In this document: in pieces, positions 53,201-64,000 of the stretch
Layout of the letters: each line of letters begins with the position of its first letter
Numbering within the stretch: the stretch's first letter is position 1
Origin: the human T2T-CHM13v2.0 reference genome, Homo sapiens
Length of the DNA: 64,000 bases
Assembly (NCBI RefSeq): GCF_009914755.1
Contig: NC_060929.1
Direction: 5' to 3' (one strand)
The notes under the pieces: generated by a model
Database searches by the model: none
What the model was told of the DNA's origin: nothing
Seen by the model: the letters and a program-made list of their open reading frames with translations, nothing else
Translations under genes and position numbers: made by a program

Positions 53201-54111
53201 GTATTTATATCATTAGCACATATTGTATCCTCTTGTCATTAGCAAATTAGAAGCTTGGTAAGTATTTAAATATGAAAAGATAAAAGGGATGATAGAAGAT
53301 GTACTAATAGCAAAATCTCATCTTGCATAAATGGAGTTTACTGGGATGAAATAAACATATTCTGAATTACTAACACAGGGTGGTTACCATTGCCCTAAAA
53401 TATTACAGGGTGGCACTATTTACAATTATTGTCAATCCCCAATGTGCTAACTCAGAATGAATTTCTTCATATAACACTAGGTTATATTTAAGCAAATGAC
53501 ACAACAATCTATATAGGTGATAATATGGTTAAAAATGCATTTATTATGAAAAATATGGGAACACTAATAACTAAAAAATGTATAGGCAATAAAAAGCATC
53601 AAGACTACTATAATTTTGGTTTGTTTGTTTCAAGAATGCTTTGTTTTTGAAAAACAGAATTAATTTTGTAAGGAGATAGGGAGAAACTTTTCAAGAGATT
53701 CTGAAGGACAATTTTAAATGAGCTAGAAGTTGAGATAGTGGTCCCTGGGGGTGGTTCTCTTTTAAAATATTTCTAAGGAAGTCTGGAAAAAATTTATGTC
53801 TCTCAAGGAAAAAAATTGTTTTAGGATGTTGAGAGAAACAGAAAAAGATGTATATGATCACCAAGAGATGAATAAAAAAGCAGAAAGAATGGTTCGGTCA
53901 GATAATTCCCCATGTTAGCTATCAGATATTACTGTCTGTTCAAGGTTTCTTAACTATCAGCCTGACTTAAGCAGAGTACTCAGGAGGGCCATATGTACCC
54001 TATCAAGGGTATGTATACCTGATATAAAAGTTGAGTCTAATTGCTTTGTCATACCTGCAAATTTTTAGAAGGAAAAAAAAACATCACATAAAGTGTAAGA
54101 GAACAAAATTA

Positions 54112-54247
54112 GGCTGGGTGCAGTGGCTCATGCCTGTAATCCCAGAGCTTTAAGAGGCTGAATCAGGAGAATTGCTTGATGCTAGGAGTTCAAGACTAGC
54201 CTGGACAACATAGTGAGACTCTGTCTCTACAAAAATAAATAAAATAA
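54112..54247 (+). mobile_element. FLAM (free left Alu monomer)
   Basis: Monomer plus A-tail. 15 bp TSD AAGAG(A/T)ACAAAATTA at 54097-54111 and 54248-54262. Confidence 0.9.
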
Positions 54248-54614
54248 AAGAGTACAAAATTACTAAAACCTAATCCCCAATAATAGGTATGCATAAAGTA
54301 AATAATTATATGTATAATACAATGAGATATATCATTTTTAAAAGGTGACTACATCAAAGGAGGGAATACAAACCTGATAAAAATTAAAAATAAAGGAAAA
54401 AAAGTGATTATAAACTGTAAATTTTGTCACCAAACTCAGAAAACTTTGGAAAAGCAAAGAGATATTATTTAAAATTATCCCAGGAAAAGTGCTCTGAAAG
54501 ACTGTCCCAACACATCAGGACTTAACAATTATAAACCACTAAAGTTTATGTATGAAAATGATGGATTCTAGAAGTATATGAAGCAGTGTATGAAGTATAT
54601 AAACTTCATTAGAT

Positions 54615-55150
54615 TATGCCAAGGGGTCTTCTAAAGTAGTTGTGTAGTTTACCACCACTTCACCAAATCTTTGGTATTATAACACCTTTAAATTTTACCA
54701 ATTAATAATGTGTGTAAAATGTATCTCACCGTGGTTTCAGTTGGCATATTGCTGATTACTAATAAAGTTGAACATCTCTTCAAAGGCTGTTTATTTTTCT
54801 TCTTTCTGTTAAATGTCTATTAATGTATTTTTCCTTCTTCTCTATTGGGTTGTCTTTTATTATTGCTTTAAAATTCTTTTAATGTTGTGGACATTATCCT
54901 TTTTCAGCTGTGTGTGTTGTAATTGTTCTCCCACTTTGTGACTTGATGTTTCCTCTGTTTTAGGGGCCTTTTGATAAGTTTATGCAGTCATATTTATCTC
55001 TCTTTCATCATGTTTTATGATTTTGATGTGTTGATTAAGAATCCATTCCTATGCAGAGATTACATATTACTTCTAAAAATATTGAAGTCCTGTCTTTCAT
55101 ATTGAAATATTTTGTCAAGAATTGATGTTTGCATATAAAATTAGGAAAAA
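54615..55150 (-). mobile_element. Old L1M fragment
   Basis: GTATCTCACCGTGGTTTCAGTTGGCAT...CTGATTACTAATAAAGTTGAACATC is antisense L1 ORF2 3' sequence. Confidence 0.75.
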
Positions 55151-56157
55151 ATCCTAGGGGGTACTATGGGAGTCACCTGCTGCTCACTTAGTTACCATTC
55201 AGAGATCCTAATACGCATGCCCTGAGTATGCTAAGCACAGAGGACTGGTGTCAGAGTCACACCTAAGTAATCTAAGAAGAGACGTTGCTGTAGTGGCCTC
55301 TGATAGCAAAGTAGACTTTGTGCAGGGTATCTGATGAGATCTTACCTGATATGCATGCAACCTGAACAAATCCAAATAGGTCACCTAGGCAATGCAGATA
55401 CGCGCAGCAAATGTCCAATACTATGTTTATTTACATCTCTAGATTCATGTTTTCTTGTTTTGGCTTCTGAAGATTTCCTTCACTTCATGAATTAGCCATG
55501 CATTTTAAAATGAGTGTTTTATATTTTATCTGCATTTGAAGTGTTATTCCTTAAGTAGTGTTTTCTGAACATCTATTCAGCCATGTTGCCTGTAACAAAA
55601 GTCTGTAAGATGGTGTCAAAATGCTTTTAAGTAGAGTCTACACTAAATGAACATTAAGCCAGAGTTTGTGCTAAAGCATTGTCTTTGTTTCACAAAAAGG
55701 ACAATAATTGCTCAGAGACATTAAATTTCTTTGCCAGACACAAATTTTGTTTCTGAGAACACAATTTTTTCCCATTTCTGTTTTGTTTCCAGGGTCATTA
55801 ATGGTATAGTTCTTTCAAAATGTTTTCAATTCCTTTTCCTCACTCTTTCTGAAACAATTTAGTGAAAGACTGCTCCCTGAGAATCCTGGAATTGTATATG
55901 AAGAGAAAGAGTAATTGAAATTTCTGATTATTAATAATAAACTGCTGATTACAATTGGATAGTAAGTACTAAAAATTAATCATAATTATCAATTTAAACA
56001 TATTTTTATGTTTATATGCTTAATATAAAATGTAACTCCTATCTTTAAAAATTAAATTTTAGAATTCAACACATTATGTATCTACTCAATTTTATCATAA
56101 TTATTTGGAGAATTATTTTTCTTTCTCCCATAATCAAGTTACAGAAAAGATTTTTTC

Positions 56158-56545
56158 AATGTTGGGTTTTTTAGAAACAGCCTTTGAAATGGATATTTGC
56201 CTGCAAAATATTTATTGGGGAATGTTCTCTCATAAGGAAAAAGGGAAGGCAGAATTGGGTAGAGGAAGGATTAAGCCATGAGGCAATCACAATAGAGGTA
56301 TTAGCTATTCTTGTGGGAGACTATCAGTGAGATGGTGCTTCAAAGGGACTGAGCCTTTTTTACCTCACATTGCTCAATTGCAGGATAAGGGGTGCCATGA
56401 AATGGGAATAAGACATAACTGTAGGCAAAGTGGCATCCTTTGACTATGAACAAATACTGGAGAGAGAATTCAACTGTGAGCTATGGCAGCCAATAATCTC
56501 AGCAGCCGGGACAATGCATGCTTCAGTCCTGATTGAGTGAGAGGA
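56158..56545 (-). mobile_element. LTR33-like ERVL LTR
   Basis: GTTGGGTT...GAAATGGATATTTGCCTGCA...TTTATTGGGGAATG...GCAGAATTGGGTAGAGG. Confidence 0.65.
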
Positions 56546-56913
56546 ATATCCCTTGGAAAGAATATAAATAATGTACTCTGGCTTTTTTTTTAATTTTAAA
56601 CAAGAAAGATGGTAGGTGCTAAGCAAAAAGTGTTTTCCAATACTGACTTTTCTACTGAGTTACTTAGAGCCAAATCAATTTCTCCAATTACCTCAACCTC
56701 GAGAAAATTTAATTTAACAATCACAGAGAAAAAAAATTAGAAATTTAGAAATTAGAAAGCTTATGTGTCTTGGCTTTTTAATGAAGACTCAAATTTACTT
56801 TTATCTATTTATTATAAATAAAACACTCATTTTTTAAAGAGTAGTACTAAAATAAAATGACGCTTAAATCAGAGAAAATTTAAGAGGATACTAAACACCA
56901 CTTTCTATGATAT

Positions 56914-57803
56914 CTGTAGTGGATGCTGTAGTGTGCTGCCAAGATACCCCTTCAAGACCATGACATTCATTCCCATATCTTCCAGGAATGTTAGCTATTG
57001 ACTGCTTACAATAGAGTTTTCTTTTAGAAATTGCCTTTGGTAGAAGAAAGTCACCTCCCCAAAGTCACTCTACTTTGAAGGCAACTTTTACTTAACAACC
57101 AGTTAATGTAGGAGTACAAATGTTTGGTCCCCAAGCCTTGAATTCAGACAGCTCTAAAAGGCCATCAAAGCTCCAGAGCTCCCTATATGATTAACTGAGG
57201 TCTTTCTTGCAACTGCATGGCCATTCAACCTCTCCTTTTGCCCAATCCTTCTTACCTGACTCCTTTACATATTGTCATGGCTCATTTATATATCAACTTG
57301 ACTGGGTTCAGAGATGTTCACATAGCTAGTAAATATTATTTCCGGGTGTGTCTGTGAAGGTGTTTGGGAAGAGATTATCATTTGAATCAGTAGACTGAGT
57401 AAAGAAGATCTACCCACACCAATTTGTATGGACATCATTCAATCTGTTGAAGACCCAAATAGAACAAAAAGGTAGAGGAAAAGCAAATTTCCTTTCTCTT
57501 TCCTTTAGCTAAAACATTCATCTTCTCCTGCCCTCAGACATCAGAGCTCCTGGTTCTCAGGCTTTCAGACTCCAGGACGTACACCAGCCACTGCCCACCC
57601 CACTCACTCTACCTCTTGTCTCAGGTCTTTGGACTTGGACTGAATGATACCACCAAATTTCCTGGTTCTCTAGCTTGCAGAAGGCATAGTATGGGATTTC
57701 TCTGCCTCCATAATTGCATGAGACAATTTCCATAATAAATCTGAAACTTCCTGAAAACACATTTCTCAATTAGAGCATTTTTCCAGGGAATTTGATAAAA
57801 GAC
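56914..57803 (+). mobile_element. LTR33-like 5' LTR interrupted by an MLT2 LTR (about 57273-57741)
   Basis: Starts TGTAGTGGATGCTGTAGTGTGC and ends ...AAGACA. The MLT2 part has TCAACTTGACTGGG...GGGTGTGTCTGTGAAGGTGTT...TTTGAATCAGTAGACTGAGTAAAG. Confidence 0.75.
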
Positions 57804-59630
57804 AGTGCCAAGAGTAATCCTAGGAAGCGGGCTCTAAAATGGAATGTTGGAGCTGGATCACTCACTGGCCAGATGGCAATGAGGACCTTGTCCCTTGTGC
57901 TAAGTGGATTACTGATGGTCCCTGGCAGGCTATAACAGGTCCACTGATAAAACCTTTGTCAATGGCAACCTAGTGAAAGGGAATGCATTGGTGTGGGCAA
58001 TATCTCAGGTATTCAGGAAATCTGGGAAATTTAGTAACAGAGATTATAACAAAAGACAGGAAAATTAATCAATAATTTAAGTCAAAGTATGAATGCCACA
58101 GGGCCTCCTTGGCAGCATCTAAAGGGCTTTAATCTGTTGCAACCAAAGTGCCAGAAAGGCAAAATATCAGGCCCAGAGCTTAATTATAAGATAGCATATG
58201 GCCAGGTGCAGTGGCTCACGCCTGTAATCCCAGCACTTTAGGAGGCCAAGGCAGGCGGATCACTAGGTCAAGAGATTGAGACCATCCTGGTCAACATGGT
58301 GAAACCCCGTCTCCACCGAAAACACAAAAAATTATCTGGGTAAGGTGGTGCACACCTGTAGTCCCAGCTACTTGGGACCACTGCACTCCAGCCTGGTAAC
58401 AGAGCGAGACTGTGTCAAAAAAAAAAAAAAAAAAAGATAGCATATTTACAGCTAAATTCTCAACCCCAGCAGGTCTCTTGTTCCAAGGTCAGGGTCCTGA
58501 CAGGGATGGAATAGGACTATGAAACATGGGATGACATGGTTGAAAGAACATGGCATTCTTAGGAGAAACAGATGGACAGCCAACAAGTGTATTTTTTAAT
58601 TTATACAACCAAAAAAAATCAACGATGGGTAATCAAGAGAATGAGAGCAATTGCTCCACTAAAAAGCTGTTTATAGGCTCCAGCCAGTTTGAGACATAAA
58701 ATTCAATGACTGAAAGAGATGCTGGGTCCCTAGGAGAAGCAAATTTATAACCCTGTAGCAAGTATATTTGTTAGTTCTCCCTAAGGGGACCTAAGCCATA
58801 AACTTGAGAAAGGAATACTCATATATTTTTAGGGCTGTTGGACAGAGGATCCATGTTAACATTGATAACCACAGGCCCAAAAGTCATCATGGCCCCTGTT
58901 AAAGTGGAGATATATGGGAGCTAGGTATAAAGTAGAGTCCTGACCTAGGTATGGCTTACAGCAGGTCCGTCTACTAAGTCCATGGTGATCACCTCTTTGG
59001 TCTCCAATGTGTAATTAGACTGAACATACTTGGTAGTATGCAGAACCTCCACAATTGGTCCTTGGTATGTAAGGTACAACCTACCACAGTAGAGAAACCC
59101 AAATGCAAACGTCTGAAACTTTCCTTTTATAAGCCAAAATAATATTTCATCCTGGCAATAATGGCAGAGGATAGTGTCACACTTATAGACCTAAAAAAAT
59201 GTAGGGGTAGTGGACATCATCACATCTCTATTTAAATTCATCATTGCCTAATGAATACAACAAAATCAGATGGATCCTGAAGATGACATTTCACTACCAA
59301 TAACTTAACCAATTGCAGCTGCTGTGCCAGATGTGGTGTGTTTATCAAAACAGATTAATACAGCCTCCGGTAAAAGCTGTAGCCATTGATCTGGCAAATG
59401 TGATCTTTTTCATTCCTATCAGGAAAGAGGATAAGAAGCAATACATATCCAGTTGAAGTGGACAAACATACACATTTAGTCTTGCCCCAAGTCTACATTA
59501 ACTCTGCAATCTTTGTCAGAATCTAGATGAATCACCTGGCTCATCTAGACATTCCACAAATCATCACATTGGTCTACTATATTGATAGCATCATGTTAAT
59601 CAGACAAGATGATCAAGAATTGGCAAGTGT
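57804..59630 (+). mobile_element. ERVL-class internal relic (HERV16/ERV3-16A3-like): decayed gag, protease and RT
   Basis: Protease-like GLLDRGSMLTLI near 58832, RT-like AIDLAN near 59382 and LVYYIDSIMLI near 59569 (ERVL has LVHYIDDIMLI). Confidence 0.8.
58200..58433 (+). mobile_element. AluSc with a ~60 bp right-arm deletion
   Basis: GGTCAAGAGATTGAGACCATCC Sc diagnostics; junction TTGGGA|CCACTGCAC. 12 bp TSD AAGATAGCATAT at 58188-58199 and 58434-58445. Confidence 0.92.
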
Positions 59631-60632
59631 GGGGAGGTTCCAAGATGGCTGAATAGGAACAGCTCCAGTCTACGGCTCCCAGGATGAGTGACGCAGAATT
59701 TGGGTGATTTCTGCATTTCCAACTGAGGTACCAGGTTGATTTCACTGGGGCTTGTCGGACAGTGGGTGCAGGACAGTGGCTGCACGGCGAGGCATCACCT
59801 CACCCAGGAAGCCCAAGGGATCAGGGAATTCCCTTTCCTAGCCAAGGGAAGCTATGACAGATGGCACCTGGAAAATCGGGTCACTCCCACCCTAATACTG
59901 TGATTTTCCAACAGTCTTAGCAAACACCACACCAGGAGATTATATCCCACACCTGGCTCAGAAGGTCCCACGCCCATGGAGCATCGCTCATTGCTAGCAC
60001 AGCAGTCTGAGATCCAACTGCAAGGCAGCAGCGAGGATGGGGAGGGGAAGGCACCATTGTTGAGGCTTGAGTAGGTAAACAAAGCGGCCCAGAAGCTAAA
60101 ACTGGGTGGAGCCCATGGCAGCTCAAGGAGGCCTTCCTGCCTCTGTAGACTCCACCTCTGAGGGCAGGGCATAGCTGAATAAAAGGCAGCAGAAACCTCT
60201 GCAGACTTAAATGTCCCTGTCTGACAGCTTTGAAGAGAGCAGTGGTTCTCCCAGGACAGAGTTTGGGATCTGAGAAGGGATAGACTGCCTCCTCAAGTGG
60301 GTCCCTGACCCCCAAGTAGCCTAACTGGGAGGTGTCCCCTAGTAGGGGTAGACTGACACCTCACATGGCTGGGTACCCCTCTGAGACGAAGCTTCCGGAG
60401 GAACCATCAGGCAGCAACATTTGCTGTTCAGCAATATTCACTGTTCTGCAGCATCTGCTGCTGACACCCAGGCAAACAGGGTCTGGAGTGGTCTTCCAGC
60501 AAACTCCAACAGACCTGCAGCTGAGGGTCCTGACTGTTAGAAGGAAAACTAACAAACAGAAAGGACATCCACACCAAAACCCCAACTGTACATCACCATC
60601 ATCAAAGACCAAAGGTAGATAAGACGACAAAG

Positions 60633-61647
60633 ATGGGAAAAAACAGAGCAGAAAGCTGAAAATTCTAAAAATCAGATCACCTCTTCTCCTCCAAAGTAAT
60701 GCAGCTCCTTGCCAGCAACGGAGCAAAGCTGGATGGAGAATGACATTGATGAGTTGAGAGAAGAAGGCTTTGGACGCTCAAAATTCTCTGAGCTAAAGGA
60801 GGAAGTTCAAACCCATCATAAAGAAGCTGAAAACCTTGAAAAAAGATTAGACTAAAGGCTAACTAGAATAACCAGTGTAGAGCAGTCCTTAAATGACCTG
60901 ATGGAGCTGAAAACCATGGCAGGAGAACTACGTGACGAATGCACAAGCTTCAGTAGCTGATTCGATCAACTGGAAGAAAGGGTATCAGTGATGGAAGATC
61001 AAATGAATGAAATGAAGTGAGAAGAGAAGTTTAGAGAAAAAAGAGTAAAAAGAAATGAACAAAGTCTCCAAAAAATATGAGACTATGAGAAAAGACCAAA
61101 TATACGTCTGATTGGTGTACCTGAAAGTGATGGGGAGAATGGAACCAAGTTGGAAAACACTCTGCAGGATATTGTCCAGGAGAACTTCCCCAACCTAGCA
61201 AGGCAGGCCAACATTCAGATTCAGGAAATACAGAGAACGCCACAAAGATACTCCTCGAGAAGAGCAACTCCAAGACACATAATTGTCAGATTCACCAAAG
61301 TTGAAATGAAGGAAAAAATGTTAAGGGCAGCCAGAAAGAAAGGTCGGGTTACCCACAAAGGGAAGCCCATCAGACTAACAGCGGATCTCTCAGTAGAAAC
61401 TCTATAAGCCAGAAGAGAGTGGGGGCCAATATTCAACATTCTTAAAGAAAAGAATTTTCAACCCAGAATTTCATATCCAGCCAAACTAAGCTTCATAAGT
61501 GAAGGAGAAATAAAATCCTTTACAGACAAACAAATGCTGAGAGATTTTGTCACCACCAGGCCTGCCCTACAAGAGCTCCTGAAGGAAGCACTAAACATGG
61601 AAAGGAACAACTGGTACCAGCCACTGCAAAAACATGCCAAAATGTAA
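60633..61647 (+). pseudogene. Disrupted L1 ORF1p
   Basis: ATG at 60633; ENFPNLARQANIQIQEIQRTP peptide; premature TGA codons from CpG decay (60958, 61018). Confidence 0.9.
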
Positions 61648-61710
61648 AGACCATCGATGCTAGGAAGAAACTGCATCAACTAATGAGCCAAATAACCAGC
61701 TAACATCATA

Positions 61711-64000
61711 ATGACAGGATCAAATTCATACATAACAATATTAACTTTAAATGTAAATGGGCTAAATGCTCCAATTAAAAGACACAGACTGGCAAATTGG
61801 ATAAAGAGTCAAGACCCATCAGTGTGCTGTATTCAGGAAACCCATGTCACGTGCAGAGACACACATAGGCTCAAAATAAAGGGATGGATGAAGATCTAAC
61901 AAGCAAATGGAAAACAAAAAAAGGCAAGGGTTGCAATCCTAGTCTCTGATAAAACAGACTTTCAACCAACAAAGATCAAAAGAGACAAAGAAGGCCATTA
62001 CATAATGGTAAAGGGATCAATTCAACGAGAAGAGCTAACTATCCTAAATATATATGCACCCAATATAGGAGCACCCAGATTCATAAAGCAAGTCCTTAGA
62101 GACCTACAAAGAGACTTAGACTCCCACACAATAATAATGCAAGATTTTAACACCCCACTGTCAACATTAGACAGACCAACGAGACAGAAAGTTAACAAGG
62201 ATACCCAGGAATTGAACTCAGCTCTGCACCAAGTGGACTTAATATCTACAGAGCTCTCCACCGCAAATCAACAGGATATACATTCTTCTCAGCACCACAT
62301 CGCACTTATTCCAAAATTGACCACATAGTTGGAAGTAAAGCACTCCTCAGCAAATGTAAAATAACAGAAATTATAACAAACTGTCTCTCAGACCACAGGG
62401 CAATCAAACTAGAATTCAGGATTAAGAAACTGACTCAAAGCTGCTCAACTATATGGAAACTGAACAACCTGCTCCTGAATGACTACTGGGTACATAACAA
62501 AATGAAGGCAGAAATAAAGATGTTCTTTGAAACCAATGAGAACAAACACATAACATACCAGAATCTCTGGGACAATTTAAAGCAGTGTGTAGAAGGCAAT
62601 TTATAGCACTAAACGCCCACAAGAGAAAGCAGGAAAGATCCAAAATTGACACCCTAACATCACAATTAAATGAACTAGAGAAGCAAGAGCAAACGCATTC
62701 AAAAGCTAGCAGAAGGCAAGAAATAACTAAGATCAGAGCAGAACTGAAGGAGATAGACACACGAAAAACCCTTCAAAAAATCAATGAATCCAGGAGCTGG
62801 TTTTTTGGAAAGATCAACAAAATTGATAGACCGCTAGCAAGACTGGTAAAGAAGAAAAGAGAGAAGAATCAAATAGATGCAATAAAAAATGATAAAGAGG
62901 ATATCACCACTGATCCCACAGAAATAAAAACTACCATCAGAGAATACCATAAACACCTCCATGCAAATAAACTAGAAAATCTGGAAGAAATGGATGAATT
63001 CCTGGACACATACACCCTCCCAAGACTAAACCAGGAAGAAGTGGAATCCCTGAATAGACCAATAACAGGCTCTGAAATTGTGGCAATAATCAATAGCTTA
63101 CCAACCAAAAAAACTCCAGGACCAGATGGATTCACAGCCGAATTCTACAAGAGGTACAAAGACAAAAACCACATGATTATCTCAGTAGATACAGAAAAGG
63201 CCTTTGACAAAATTCAACAGCCCTTCATGCTAAAAACTCTCAATAAATTAGGTATTGATGGGACATATCTCAAAATAATAAGAGCTATCTATGACAAACC
63301 CACAGCCAATATCATACTGAATGGGCAAAAACTGGAAGCATTCCCTTTGAAAACTGGCACAAGACAGGGATGCCCTCTCTCACCACTCCAATTCAACATA
63401 GTGTTGGAAGTTCTGGCTAGGGCAATCAGGCAAGAGAAAGAAATAAAGAGTATTCAATTAGGAAAAGAGGAAGTCAAATTGTCCCTGTTTGCAGATGACG
63501 TGATTGTATATAAAGAAAACCCCATCATCTCAGCCCAAAATCTCCTTAAGCTGATAAGCAACTTCAGCAGTCTCAGGATACAAAATCAATGTGCAAAAAT
63601 CACAAGCATTCTTATACACCAATAACAGACAAACAGAGAGCTAAATCATGAGTGAACTCCCATTCACAATTGCTTCAAAGACAATAAAATACCTAGGAAT
63701 CCAAATTACAAGGGATATGAAGGACCTCTTCAAGGAGAACTACAAACCACTGCTCAATGAAATAAAAGAGGATATAAACAAATAGAAGAACATTCCATGC
63801 TCATGGATACGAAGAATCAATATTGTGAAAATGACCTTAATGCCCAAGGTAATTTATAGATTCAATGCCATCCCCATCAAGCTACCAATGACTTTCTTCA
63901 CAGAATTGGAAAAAACTACTTTAAAGTTCATATGGAACCAAAAAAGAGCCCACATTGCCAAGACAATCCTAAGCCAAAAGAGCAAAGCTGGAGGCATCAC
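61711..64000 (+). pseudogene. Disrupted L1 ORF2p (endonuclease/reverse transcriptase)
   Basis: MTGSNSYITILTLNVNGLN start, stop at 61897-61899 and frameshifts. QGCPLSP and FADD (63488-63499) lie in ORF 62585-63625. Confidence 0.93.

Larger units (their letters stand above)
59631..64000 (+). mobile_element. 5'-complete L1PA5/6-like LINE-1, running off the window end
   Basis: 5'UTR begins GGGGAGGTTCCAAGATGGCTGAATAGGAACAGCTCC (YY1 site CAAGATGGC), followed by ORF1 and ORF2 relics. Confidence 0.96.

Noticed and set aside
62585-63625. 346 aa reverse-transcriptase ORF as an active enzyme
   Set aside because: Fragment of L1 ORF2 with upstream stops and frameshifts, a ~105-residue internal deletion and a downstream frameshift.

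Overview
Primate, almost certainly human, intergenic DNA with no protein-coding host gene that I can support. The ORF track consists of chance ORFs, low-complexity ORFs and decayed L1/MaLR/ERVL frames. The window can be placed because 13913-13935 is the genome-editing benchmark target HEK293 site 2 (GAACACAAAGCATAGACTGC+GGG), with both standard amplicon primer sites present. From memory, not checked, this lies on chr5q14.3 inside the conserved neural enhancer VISTA hs267. It sits in a stretch of about 5.5 kb (9.9-15.3 kb) with no recognisable transposons. The rest is a record of transposon insertions: MIR, L2, CR1, MER5, MER53, MLT1, FAM, FLAM, Alus with target-site duplications (TSDs), and a twin-primed inverted L1PB. 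There is also a nested stack at 40-52 kb (old L1M containing a THE1 and an internally deleted L1, which itself contains an MSTA), an LTR33/ERVL relic, and a 5'-complete L1PA5/6-like element with an in-frame deletion in ORF2. I found no evidence of a previously undescribed biological system. The best leads are regulatory or mechanistic. Subfamily names come from recalled consensus sequences, and boundaries of old repeats are approximate.
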